The notes under the pieces: generated by a model | Databases searched by the model: none | What the model saw: the letters and a program-made list of their open reading frames with translations, nothing else | What the model was told of the DNA's origin: nothing | Part shown: positions 1 to 15,099 of the stretch, one piece after another | Position numbering within the stretch: the first letter of the stretch is position 1 | How the letters are laid out: every line of letters begins with the position of its first letter | Assembly (NCBI RefSeq): GCF_009914755.1 | Contig: NC_060928.1 | Strand: one strand, 5' to 3' | DNA from: the human T2T-CHM13v2.0 reference genome, Homo sapiens | DNA: 64,000 nucleotides | Program-made: the position numbers and the translations under genes

Positions 1-149
1 GCGAGCCACAGATCTGGGAGGAGAATCTGCTGCTACTATCTGGTTCTAAATACTGTTTTTTCTCCTCTGTGCAACAGTCCGCCTCCCTCGAATATGAGCC
101 TATCCATTTTCAGTGACACTTGCCATAGTACCTTTTTCTATCCACGTTA

Positions 150-2140
150 AGATGTCAAGACTGCAGCAAAAAGGGCAGCATAAGGACCTCTGAGAATTCT
201 CATCTTCCTCCAAGCAGTGAGGAAACTGGCAAAAAATGTCAGAATACATTTTAAGTACTCTGGAAATTAACCAAAGGCGTGCAGCAATCTATGTAGGGTT
301 ATTTTATTTTATCGATAAAATAGGCTGAATCTTGGTAAGAACAGCATGCATTCCCACCCACCCCCTCCAGCTCTGTAGTAGCCTTAAAAATTAACAACCT
401 ACATTTGTGATAAAAACTAACAGCCTGAGCTGGAGCTCTTTCAAAGCCTCATTTCCAGAAAGTCATTATTATTTGACCTATCTGGTGGTTCCCTAGAAGA
501 CACCACTTGCAAAGCTGTCTGTTTCTGACTTGATTCAGAGCTTACCCAGCATGAAAAGACTTCTCCTGGGGCTATTGTTGAAAATAATAATTATAGGCAA
601 TTGATGAACTTTGCAGTTGCCCAAGGTGGTGGCTAACAGTTGGGCAAGAAATAGACAAACTGAAAAAAAAAAGGAAAATCTGGGAAGTGAGATGTCAATG
701 GGGAGCTTTGAAAAAATCCAACCTATTTCTGAGAATCTAGAAGGCCACACATATTCCCAGGTCTGAGCTCCAGAAATACCTCAGAAGGCACTGAGCTCAT
801 ACTTCTGACTGACCTTCAGGCTCTATGCAAGCAGGAAGTGAGGGCTACTGCAGAGTTGTTAACTGCCCGACTGAGTGTTGAAAGCATTCTCTAATGCATA
901 GAACCTCAAAACAAAAACTGGGAGATGACTGGTTCTGGGCCTTTAAGGAAATCTCTGTCTGGCCATTAACTGACCACTAAGCTAACTGAGGAGAGACTTA
1001 GTGGCCACACATGGTAGATAATACAGATTTTGCATAATTAATTCAGAAAAGTTAATAATAAACTACAACAAACTCTGGGGGAATGGAGGTGTATCTGGTT
1101 TCTGGAGTTGCCACATTATACTATTTAAAATGTTCATTTTTCAACAAAAAATTGTGAGATGTGAGAAAGCACAAGAAAGTATGACCTACACATGGGGAAG
1201 AAAGCAATCGATAGAGACTGTCATTGAGGAAGACAAGATGCTGGATGTACCAGACAAATACTTTAAATTTATGGTCTTAAATATCTTCCAAGAACAAAGG
1301 AAAACTTTTCTAAATAATTTAAAGTATAAGAGTGATGTTTTACCACATAGAGAATATCAGTAAAGGACAGAAATTATAGAGAACCAAGTAGAAATTCTGG
1401 AGTTGAAAAGTACAATAACTGAATTTAAACTCTCACTAGAGGATTTCAACAGAAGATTTGAGCAGGTAGTGTAAAGTGTAAGTAAAAAAGGAAATAGGTA
1501 AATTGAAAGTATCCAGCTTGAGGAAAAAAGAATGAAGAGAACTGACCAGTGACTCAGAGACCTGTGTGACATCATCAAACATACAAACAAATGCAAATGC
1601 ATAACTGAAGCCCCAGAAAGGGAGGAGGGAGATAAAGGGGCAGAAAATTATTTGATGAAATAATAGCTGACACTTCCCAAAGATAAAGAAAAATGTTTAT
1701 CTACACATCCAATAAGCTCAACCAATTCCAAGTAGGGAACATGCAAAGAGATAGCCACACTGACACACATCATTATCAAACCGTCAAAGCCAAGGACAAA
1801 GAGAGAATCTTGAAGGCATCAAGAGAGAAGCAACTCATCTCATACAGGAGATCCTTAGTTAGGTTAACACCTGACTTTTTACCAGAAAACATGGAGGCCA
1901 GTAGGCAGTTGGGTGACATATTAAACACATTGGAAAAAAAAATACTATCAACCAAGAAGTTTATATCTGAAAAAATAAAGGTGAAATTAAGACATTCTCA
2001 GGTAAATCAAAACCAGAGTCTATCACTAGGAAATCTGTCCTACAAGAAATACTAATGAGAGTACCTTAGACTGAAATGAAAGAACACAAGACAGTAACTC
2101 AAAACCACATGAAGAAACAAAGAGCACTGGTAAAGGCAGT
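150..2140 (+). mobile_element. Old L1 (L1M-type) 5' end and degenerate ORF1
   Basis: ORF1-like peptides (KDKERILKASREKQLISY); A-rich + strand; many stops. Confidence 0.75.
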
Positions 2141-3672
2141 GACATGGGGACCTAGAAAAGACATTCTAGGAAGATTCTGGGAAGATGGTGGAGCAATAAG
2201 CACCAGAAATATGTTTCCCTACCCAGACAACAATTGCACTGGCAGAATCTGTCTGATGTAACAGTTTTGGAGCTCTGGAGTCTATTGGATTGCAGCTTCC
2301 AGGAGTAGGTTTGGAGGCAAAATGCAGTTAATTTTGGCACAACAGCAGTCACCCATCCTCCCCACCAGCCCCAGCGCAGACAGTTATGCACATGTTCCTG
2401 TAGCAGTTTACAGACAGCTTTCAGGAGCGAGGCTGGCAAGAAAAAAGGATGTTGTCCTTCAGATATTTGGGATTGGTGTTCTGATTGCTGATTGCTGTTC
2501 TGATCACAAGAGTGCAAAGAAGCAGGTGCCTATTGTTTCACCTTCCCCCATTGTTGCAAGCTCTCCTGCACTGGATGAAGTGACTTCATTTTTCTCCTTT
2601 TCCCTTTTTGGAAGCCAGACATTAAAGACTAGGACATTCAAAAGCAGCTGCATGTATGGAGAAAGTTAGAAAGTGATATGGCACATACAGGCTCAGAAAA
2701 GACCTGAGAAGACCTTATGTTTGTACCTAACGCTGACCCTTGGCACAGAGAAAGCCTACAACAACAACAAAATGTAACAAAAAGCAACAAACCCCAGGGA
2801 AGGGGGAAACATGATTTTCAAAATTGTGATATTAGATTCAAATGTCCGATTTTCAAGAAAAAGAATCACAAGGCATACAAAGAAACAGGAAAGTATGGCC
2901 CATTTAAAGAAAAAAAGTCAATAGAAACTGTTCCTAAAAAGACCTGATTGATTATATATCTACTAGACAAAGACTTTAAAACAACTGTCTTAAAGATGCT
3001 CAAAGGACTAAAGGAAGTGTCAAGAAAGTCAACAAAAAAATGAATGACCAAAATTGAAATATTCATAAAAAGATATAAAACCTAAAAAGAAACCAAAAAG
3101 AAATTCTGAAGGTGAAAAGTATAATCATGGAAATGAAAATTCACTAGAGGGATTAAAAAGCAGATTTGAGCAGGCAGAAGAAAGAATCAGAGAACTTGAA
3201 GACAGGACAATGGAAATTATTGTCTGAGGAACACAAAGAAAAAATATTGAAGAAAAATGAACAAAGCCTAAGAAACCTGTGGGACACCATAAAACAGGGC
3301 AACATATGCATTGGGGGAGAAGAGAGACTGAAAGAGTCAGGAGAACATTTGAAGAAATAATAGTTTAAAATTTTCCAAATCTGATGAAAGACATGTATAT
3401 AAACATCTAAGCTCAACAAACTCCAGGTAAGATGAACTCAAAGAACCCACACCAAGATACATCAAACTTTTGGAAGACAGATAAAAAGACAGAATCTTGA
3501 AAGCAACAAGAGGAATTACTCATCACATACAAGGAATTGCCACAAGATTATCAGCAGATATCAAAAACTTTGGAGGCCAGAAAGCAGTGGGCTGATATAT
3601 ATTCTGAGTGTTCAAGAAAAAAAAAACTAAGGACTCTATATCTAGCAAAACTGTCCTTCAAAAGTGAGAGAG

Positions 3673-3947
3673 GGCTGGGTGTGGTGGCTCACTCCTGTAA
3701 TCCCAGCTGAGGTCAGGAGTTCAAGACCAGCCTGGCCAACATGGTGAAACCCCATCTCCACTAAAAATACAAAAATTAGCTGGGTGTGGTGGTGCATGCC
3801 TGTAATCCCAGTTACTCAGGAGGCTGAGGCAGGAGAATCGCTTAGAACACGGGAGGTGGAGGTTGCAGTCAGCAGAGATCGCACCACTGCACTCCAACCT
3901 GGGCAACAAGAGTGAAACTCCATCAAAAAAAAAAAAAAAACAAAAAA
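3673..3947 (+). mobile_element. Alu with internal deletion in left monomer
   Basis: Alu consensus and poly(A) tail. Confidence 0.9.
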
Positions 3948-4659
3948 GAAAGAGAGAGAAAATAAAACTTTAAACAATGAAAACAATGAGGGAGTTCACT
4001 ACCTCTAGGCCTGCCCTGCAAGAAATGCTTAAGGAAGTCCTATAGGGTGAAATGAAAAGACACTAGACCATAACTTGAAGCTATATAAAGAAATAAAGAT
4101 CTCAATAAAAGTAGATATGTGAGCAATGATAAAAGTTAGTATTATAGTAACACTGGCTTGTAACCCCACTTTTTTGTTTTCTAAATGATTTAAGAGAATG
4201 TGTTTTTTAAAAGCATGAGTCAAGAAGCTAGTATTCTCGTCACTTTGGTTTGTAACTCCACGTTTTGTTCATACTTTGAGCCTAATGCATTTTTTAAAAT
4301 TATTAATTTATGTTTTGAGGCACACAGTGAATTAAGATGTAATTTTGTGACATCAGCAACTGAAAGAGGTAGGATAGAGCTGTAAAGGAGTAGAATTTAT
4401 TGAAATTAAGCAGGTATAAATTTAAATTAGAGTTATAACATTAGAATGTTAAATGTAATCCCCATGGTAACCACAAAGGAAATAGCTATATAATGTACAC
4501 AAAGGGAAATGAGAAAGGAATTTAAATATTTCACTTGAAAAATCAACTAAACCTAAAAGAAGACAGTAATACAAAAAATGGAGGACAAAAAACTATAACG
4601 CAAATAGAAAACAAACAGCAAAATGACAGATGTAAATCCCTCATTATCAGTGATTATTT

Positions 4660-4953
4660 ATCTATTTTGTTAGTTATTTTGAGACAGGGTCTCACTCTGT
4701 TGCCCAGACTAGAGTACAGTGGCAAGATCATGGCTCAGTGCAGCCTCAGCCTCTCAGGCTCAGGTGATTCTCCACCTCAGCCTCCCAAGTAGCTGAGACT
4801 ACAGGTGCATACCACCATGCCCAGCTAATTTTTCGTAGAGACCAGGTTTCACCATGTTGCCCAGGCTGGTTTCAAACTCCTGAGCTCAAGTGATTCACCC
4901 ACCTCAGTCTCCCAAAGTGCTGGGGTTGCAGGCATGAGCCACTGCAACTGGCC
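4660..4953 (-). mobile_element. Alu (J-like)
   Basis: Reverse Alu consensus. Confidence 0.9.
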
Positions 4954-5337
4954 AGTAATTACTTTAAATGAAAATGAATTAAACTCTCTACTCAAAAGAC
5001 AGAGATTGGCAGAATGAATACACACACATAATTCAGCTCAATGCTGTCTACAAAAATCTTGATTTAAATTCAAAGACACAAGTACACTGAAAGGGAAAGG
5101 GTGAAAAAAGGGATTCCAAGCAAACCAAAACCGAAAGAGAGCAGCAGAAAAAACCACTCTAAAATTCACATGGGCTCTGAAGGGACCGCAAGTAGCCAAA
5201 ATAATCTTTAAAAGAAGAACAAAGCTGGGGGACTCACACTTCCTGATTTCAAAATCTCCTACAAAGCTGTAGTAATCAAAATCTAATAATCTAGTAAATT
5301 TACTACAAGGTTCCAGTAATCAAGAATACAATAAGCT

Positions 5338-5656
<319 letters not shown>

Positions 5657-5708
5657 CTATGCTCTATCTTTATGCCAGAAATAAACTCTCACATATATGG
5701 CCAGATGA

Positions 5709-6461
<753 letters not shown>

Positions 6462-6631
6462 TCAAAACTGATTAAAGACCTAAATGTAATACCTAAAACT
6501 ATAAACTTCTTAAAAGAAAACATAAGACAAAGCTGTACAACTTCAGATTTTACAATGATTTATTGGATATGACACCAAAAACATGGGCAACAAAAGAAGA
6601 AAATAGACAAAGTGGACGTCATGAAAATTAG

Positions 6632-7332
<701 letters not shown>

Positions 7333-8617
7333 TGATAAGGCACTAATATCCAGAATATATAGAGAACTCCTAAAACTCTAAGACAAAAAACTCAATTTAA
7401 AAATGGGCAGAGGACATGAATAGACATCTCTCCAAAGATGATCTACAAATGGTCAATAAGCAAATGAAGAGATTCCCAACATCATTTATTACTGAGGAAA
7501 TGCAAATTAAAACTATAATAGGACATCACCTCACACCCATTAAGATGACTACTATCAAAAAAACCCCAAAATAACAAGTATTGGCAAGGATGTGGAGAAT
7601 CTGGAACCCTGGAGAACTATTGATGGGAATATAAAATGACACAGTTCCTATGAAAAACACGATAAGAGTTCCTCAAAAAATTAGAAATAGAATGACTGTA
7701 TGATCCCACATTGCAACTGTGGGTATATACCCAAAATAATGGAAATCAGGGTCTTGAAAATATATTTGTATACTCAAGTTCATAGCAGCGTTATTCACAA
7801 CAGCTAAAATGCAAAATCAGTTCAAGTGCCTACCAATGAACAAACAGATAAGCAGAATATTATTTAGCCTTAGAAAGAAAGGAAATTTCACCTTACAAAG
7901 GAAGGACATATGCTATAATATGGATCACCCTTGAGGACATTATGCTAAGTAAAATAAGCCAGTCACAAAACACAAAGATTGTGTCATTCCACTTAGATGA
8001 GGTACTTAGAATAGTCACATTCAGAGAGACAGACAGCAGATTGGTGGTTGCCAGAAGCTGGGGGGAGCAGAAATGGGGAGTTGTTGTTTAATGAGTGCAC
8101 AGTTTCAGTTTCACAAGATGAAGTGTTATGGAGATGGATGGGGTGACGTTTATACATGATGAATGTTTTTAATGCCACTCAACTGTACACTTTAAAATGG
8201 CTAAGATGGTAAATTTTATGTTATATGTATCTTTTTTTTGAGGCAAAGTCTTGCTCTGTCATTTCTTTTACTATACCTTTTAAGGTGTCTTTTTAGCAGA
8301 TGCCCTAGGGATTACAATTAATATCTTAATTTATAACAACTGATCTCAGATTAATTATAATTTAATGTCAATGGTATACAAAAACTTTGCGCATATATAG
8401 CTCTGTTCCCTCCTCCTCCTCTGTGCTATCACTGTCATATAATTTAAATGTTTACACATCATTTGACTACCAGCACAGATGTCTAATCATCACTCTCTGC
8501 AGTTGTCTTTTAAATCAGGTAGGAGAAAAAAGAGCTACACACATAAACTATTTATTTTTACACTGCCCTTTGAAAATGTTTTCCCCAATTTTTTATTGTA
8601 ATAAAATACACATAACA

Positions 8618-8923
8618 GGCCAGGCACAGCAACACACGCCTATAATCCCAGCACTTTGGGAGGCCAAGGCTAGTGGATCTCCTGAGGTCAGGAATTTAAG
8701 ACAAGCCTGGCCAACACGATGAAACACCGTCTCTACTAAAAAATACAAAAAAAAAAAAATTAGCCAGGCGTGGTGGCGGGTGCCTGTAATCCCAGCTACT
8801 CAGGAGGCTGAGGCAGGAAAATTGCTTGAAACTGGGAGGAGGAGGTTGCAGTGAGCCAAGATCACACCACTGCCTGGGCAACAGAGCAAGACTCCGTCTC
8901 AAAAAAAAAAAAAAAAAAAAAAA
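8618..8923 (+). mobile_element. Alu
   Basis: Consensus and poly(A). Confidence 0.9.
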
Positions 8924-8924
8924 A

Positions 8925-11900
8925 GAAATGACAAATATGTTGAAATGAGACACTAGGAAATATCTATTTAACACCAAAGAAGGCCATATGGAAACAGAGG
9001 AACAAAAAAAACCTAAGATATGGAAAACAAATAGCAAATGGTGTGCCTAAATTCTCCCTTATCAACTCAGTATGTAGTGTCAACTAAATGTTAATTAAAC
9101 ACTCCAGTTAAAAAGCAGCGGATAGAAGGGCTGACTTTTAAGAACCATGATTCAACGCACATTCAAAGACACTCTGAAGTAAAAGAGCAAAGATAGAATA
9201 GTAAGCAGAAGAGAGCTGGAGTGACTGTGACAATATGAAAGAAAACAGACCTTCGGACAAAAGTTGTTAAAACAGACAAGGATATTTTATAGTGATAAAA
9301 GGGTACATCCATCAAGAAAATATCACCGTTATCAACATATGTGCACCTGACACAGAGCCCCAAGATACATGAAGCCAAAGCGGAAATGATGAAGGGCAAA
9401 ATGGACAATTCAACAATAACAGCTGGAGACTTCCAGCTTTCAATAGCCCATTTCCAATCATGGATAAAGCAACAGGACAGAAAATCAAAAGTCAGTAGAA
9501 GACGTCAACAGGCTCTAACCCACCTAGACTTGGCAGACGTCTGTAGAATACTCCACCAACAACTGCAAAGGTTGTTGTGCCCATTATTCTCAAGTGCACG
9601 TGGAATGTCTGACAGAATAAACCCGATGTTGTCATAAAATAAATCTCAATAAATTTAAAATGATTGAAATCATGCAAAGTATGTTCTCTTACCACAATTG
9701 AATGAAATTACAAATCAATAACAGAAAGAAATTTGGGTAATTAAAAAATATGTTAATAAAACACTGAACTCCTTAGTATCCAATAGGGCAAAGAAGCATT
9801 CACAAGAGAATTTAGAAGATAGTTTGAGATAAATGGAAATGAAAACACAATATACTAAAATACAGATGAAGCTAAACAGTGCTTACAGGGAAATGTACAG
9901 CTGTGGATACTTACACTAAATAAAAAGAGATCTCAAATCAATAACCCAACCTTCCACCTAAAGAAACGAGAAAAAAACAGCACAGTAAGTCAAAGCAAGC
10001 AGAAGGAAATAATAAATAGTAGAGCAGAGATAAATTACAGTAGAAAAATAATTTAAAAGATCAATTAAAACAGACCGGGTATGGTGGCTCACACCTGTAA
10101 TCCCAGCACTTCAGGAGGCTAAGGCAGGCAGATCTCTTGAGCTCAGGAGTTCAAGACCAGCAGGGGCAAACGGTAAAACCCCATCTCTACAAAAATAAAA
10201 AATAGCTGGGTGTGGTGGCACGCACCTGTGGTCCCAGCTACCTGGGAGGCTTGAGCCCAGGAGGTCGAGGCTGCAGTGAGCCAAGATCATGCCACCACTG
10301 CACTCCAGCCTGGGCAACAGAGTGAGACCCTGTCTCAAAAAAAAAAAAAAAAAAAAAAAAGAAAGAAAGAAAGAAAAGAAAACAAAAAACAAAAGTTGGT
10401 TTTTGGAAGGCCAGGTGCGGTGGCTCACACCTATAATCCCAGCACTTTGGGAGGCTGAGGCGGGCGGATCACAAGGTCGGGAGATCGAGACCATCCTAGC
10501 TAAGATGGTGAAACCCCGTTTCTACTAAAAAATACAAAAAACTAGCCGGGCATGGTGGCACCCACCTGTAGTCCCAGCTACTCACGAGGCTGAGGTAGGA
10601 GAATGGCTTGAACCCAGGAGGCAGAGCTTGTAAGTGAGCTGAGATCATGCCACTGCACTCCAGCCTGGGTGACAGAGTGAGACTCCATCTCAAAAAAAAA
10701 AAAAAAAGTTGGTTTTTGAAAAGATCAAGAAAATTGAATAGCCAGACTAAGAAAAAAGAGAAGACTCAAATTTACTAAAATCAGGAATGAAATAGAAGAC
10801 ATTACTAATGACATTACAGAAATTAAAAGATTTATGAGGGACTCTTATGAACAATGTGCCAACCAATTAAATAATCTAAATGAAATGAACAAATTCCTGG
10901 AAAGACACAAACTACTGAAACTGACTCATGAAGACATACAAAATCTGAATAGACCTACACAAATGAAGAGATTGAAGTAGGAAAAAAAAAAACAAACAAA
11001 AAAAAACAAACTTCCCACAAAGAAAAGCCCAGGATGAGATGGCTTCCCTGGTGAATTTTACCAAATGTTTGAAGCATAATTAATACCAATCCTTCATAAA
11101 TTCTTCCAAAATAGGGAACACTTCCTCACTCATTCAGAGGCCAGTATTACCCTGATACCAAAACTAGACAAAATCGTCACACAAAAAATAAACTTTCCAG
11201 TATCTCTTATGAATATAGCTGCAAAAAATGTTCAACAAAATACCAGTAAACTTAATCCAGCAACATTTTCGAAAAGATTATGCACAATGAATGCAAAGTT
11301 GGTTCAATATGAATGATTAGGCAAGAAAATAAAATTAGAGGCAGCCAGGTTGGCAAGGAAGAAGTAAAACTATTTCTATTTGCAGATGACATGATTTCAT
11401 GCATACAAAATCATCAGAAATCCATGCAAAAACATTGGAGCTGAGAAATGAGTTCTGCAAGGCTGAAAATACAGACCAATATTATAAAAATCAGTCACGT
11501 TTCTAAAACAATGAACAATATGAAAATGAAATTAAGAAAACGATTCCATTTATAATCACATCAAAAGAATAAGCTTAGGAATAAATTCAATCAAAGAAGT
11601 ACACAACTTGAACACTAAAAACTACAAAACATCATTAGAAGAAATTAAACATTTAAATATGTGGAAAGACATCTTGTGTTCCTCAATTAGAAGAATTAAT
11701 ATTGTTAAGACAGCAATAGTCCCCATATTGGTCTACAGATTCAATCCAATCCCCATCAAAATTCTAACTGCTTTTTTTTTCTTTTTTTTTTTTTGCAGAA
11801 ATGGAAAGTCTGATCCTAAAATTCATACGGAATTGCAAGAGGCCTCAGATTGCCAAAACTACCCAATAAAAGAACTAAATTGGAAGACTTACACGTCCCA

Positions 11901-12200
11901 ATTTCAAAAATTACTACAAAACTGTAGTAATCAAGACAGTATGGTACTGGCTTAAGGCTAGGTATAGAGACAATGGAACAGAATTGAAAGTCCAAAAATA
12001 AACCCCTACTTTTATGGTGAACTGGTTTCAACAAGGGTGCCAAAGTCACTCACTTGAGGAGAGATCAGCTCCTCAGCAAATGGTGCTCAGACAACTGGAC
12101 CTCCATTTGCAAAAGAAGGTATTTGGACTCCTACCTCACACCATATACAAAAAAATTAACCATGTATAAAATTGATCAAAGACCTAAAAGTAAAAGTCGT
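8925..12200 (+). mobile_element. Degenerate L1 ORF2 (endonuclease to RT region)
   Basis: tttgcagatgacatg (FADDM) near 11380; KDILCSSIRRINIVK peptide. Confidence 0.8.
10073..10706 (+). mobile_element. Two tandem Alus (10073-10390 and 10409-10706)
   Basis: Consensus; second has TSD aaaagttggtttttg. Confidence 0.9.
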
Positions 12201-14294
12201 GAGTTTTGGCCCACAGGAGTAGACGGACAGGGTTGAGGAGCCAGTCTCCCAGTGAAGGTGCTGGAGGCTCCTTGATGCTCTTCCCTGACAGTTCAGCCTA
12301 GAGTGCACTCCTTGGGATGATGGCGCCCCTCCTCTCACACCTTGGCTCAGAACTCAGCACTGAAATCCACTGGGAAGGCCAGGGGCAGGAGAGACCTCTG
12401 CCTAGTGGGAGTGCAAGGACAGAGGCCTCCTCGGGCTGTGTAGGCCCTGCCTGGAGGGGACACCAGAACCATAGGGTGTGTGCGAGGCAGCGGTTGGATC
12501 AGTGTGGAGAGAGGGTGGAGGAGGTGCCCACAAGTTACCAAGGTTTGCAGTGAGTTCCTGTCATTCTACATTCAGGTACATAGCTCCCAGGACAGCCAGC
12601 CCCTCCCCATAGGCCTACACACCCAGCCTTCAGGCCACACCCAGGCTGGTGGCCGCAGACCACTTGGGTCCCTGTTTCCAGGGCTCTGATGGGATAGAAG
12701 AGACTCAGCCCCGTGAGGATGTGGGTGCCCCTCATCTCTCCACAGCAAGGAGGGGCCAGAGGAAGCCCCATGCTAGCGTCAGGGGACAAGGATTCCAGCT
12801 CAGGCCTGTCCACGGCTGTGTGACCCGGCATGGGTTAAGCTCTCTCAAGGCCTCAGTTTCTTCCTCTGCAGAGTGTGGGATGGGGGTGACCTCACCAGAT
12901 GGCCCCACATGCTTTAGCACAGAGATAATCCCTTTCCTCGTGACCCACAGCCAGCCAAGCAGCTCTACTGAGTGTGGGACTCTGTCCAAGCTCTGAGTCA
13001 GCCCTAGGGCTGGTCTTGGCAGCCCTGTGCTGGCTGGCCAGGGTTGGCTGTGGAGCCAAGGAAAGGGATTTGGAATTCAGGGATTTATGCTTTAAATTTC
13101 ACATTTTCTTTTTCCCAATAGAGTTTCCTACTCTCAATCTCTTGACACGATGGTAAAGCCCTTTGCTGTAGCTAAACTCAGTTGCCATTTTCGGATTGGC
13201 ATTAGGGTGAGAAGGCTGAGTGCTCACAGGGAAGCCTCTTCCCAGCAGCACCCCTGGGCTGGAAAGGGCAGCGGGAGCAGCACAGAGCAGCAGAGGGTGG
13301 CTCAGGCTAAGCCGGAGCTGCCCGGGGCAAACAAAGAGGGACCTGCCTCCTTGTTTCTTAGCCTCTTAACACAGAAGCTCGCAGCCTGGATTCTAGGAAG
13401 GCTTGGGGGGTACGGCCATCCTGCTGGAAGCCTTTGCTCCTTTAGCCCAGAGAGCACTTGCCCCAGCCCCACATACACCCCAGGGAGATGCCACCGGCCA
13501 AGGAGAGGCTTGCTGAGGCCACGGCCCAGCATCAAGCCCTCACATCAGGCTGTTCCAGCAGCCAGGGGCCCTCAGAAGCAAGGCCGAGTGGAAGGAGGTG
13601 CCAGGGAGGGGGCAGAGCTCAATGTCCACTGCAGCAGCTGCTGGGGTCCCTTCTCTGCTGCCACCTCATCTGGCACAGGGTGGGGCATGGGATGGAGACA
13701 TCTGAGTACCCACCAGGCCCACACACATATGTGGACATGCATGCATGCCACACACACGTGCACACACTTGTATACGTACACATGCCCGACACAGCTGCAC
13801 CATGCCAGATACACGCCTCACACATGGGTGCACACACACAGCACATGTGCTCACACACCATGCACATGCCTGCATCTGAGGCTGACCCTGCCTTTGATCT
13901 GGAGGATGCTAATGGACCCTGCAGAGAGAAAGTGGATGTCACTGCAGAGACTCAGTGGGCACTGGAGGGTGCAACGTCCCCTGTCCCAGTCTCTGCCCAG
14001 GTCCATCCTGTCCCCTGCCCCACACACCCTTCATCACTGGGTGTCCCCGTCACCGGGTATCTGTCCTGGGGGAGTCCAGCACGCCAGGCCTGGCCTCTCT
14101 CCAGAGCCCCCCCCAGTCTCAGTGGGCCCCACCCTGGGGCTGGGGAGGAGGAATAGGAGTGTGGGGGAGCTGGGTGGGGACTGAGTCCTTTCTCCAGGAG
14201 GGAAGGTTGTGTGTCCCTACAGCCCTGTGTCACCAGAACACCTCCCCAGCAACAGGGGTCACTCCCGTAGGACCTGCCGCTGACCATGGGACAA

Positions 14295-14945
14295 GAACGT
14301 GGGGGGCATGGGAAGGATGTGGAGGGGGCATGGGAAGGATGTGGAGGGGGCATGGGAAGGATGTGGGGGGTGTGGGAAGGATGTAGGGGGCGTGGGAAGG
14401 ACGTGGGGGGTGGTGTGGGAAGGATGTGGGGGGTGTAGGAAGGACATGGGCGGTGTGGGAAGGACGTGGAGGGGGTGTGGGAAGGACGTGGGGGGTGGTG
14501 TGGGAAGGACGTGGGGGGTGGCGTGGGAAGGACGTGGGGGGGTGGCGTGGGAAGGACGTGGGGGGGTGGCGTGGGAAGGACGTGGGGGGGTGGCGTGGGA
14601 AGGACGTGGGGGGGTGGCGTGGGAAGGACGTGGGGGGGCGGCGTGGGAAGGACGTGGGGGACGGTGTGGGAAGGATGTGGGGGGTGTGGGAAGGACGTGG
14701 GGGGTGGTGTGGGAAGGACGTGGGGGGTGGTGTGGGAAGGACGTGGGGGGTGGTGTGGGAAGGACGTGGGGGGTGGCGTGGGAAGGACGTGGGGGGGTGG
14801 CGTGGGAAGGACGTGGGGGGGTGGCGTGGGAAGGACGTGGGGGGGCAGCGTGGGAAGGACGTGGGGGACGGTGTGGGAAGGATGTGGGGGGTGTGGGAAG
14901 GACGTGCGGGTGGCGTGGAAAGGACGTGGGGGAGCTGTGGGAATA
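14295..14945 (+). repeat. G-rich VNTR, 20-24 bp unit GTGGGAAGGACGTGGGGGG(G)TGGC
   Basis: About 29 degenerate tandem units read directly. Confidence 0.95.
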
Positions 14946-15099
14946 ACACGGGGGTGGCGTGGGCCCTGCTCCCTGTCCCTCTTCTTTGGACGAGGCTGCC
15001 AGTATGTGGAACCCAGGGGGGTGCCCTGTGGCCCAGCAGCTGTTCCCACCTTCCCTGCAGCCACAAGCTTTGAAGTGGCCTTGCCAGAGGCCCCACAGG

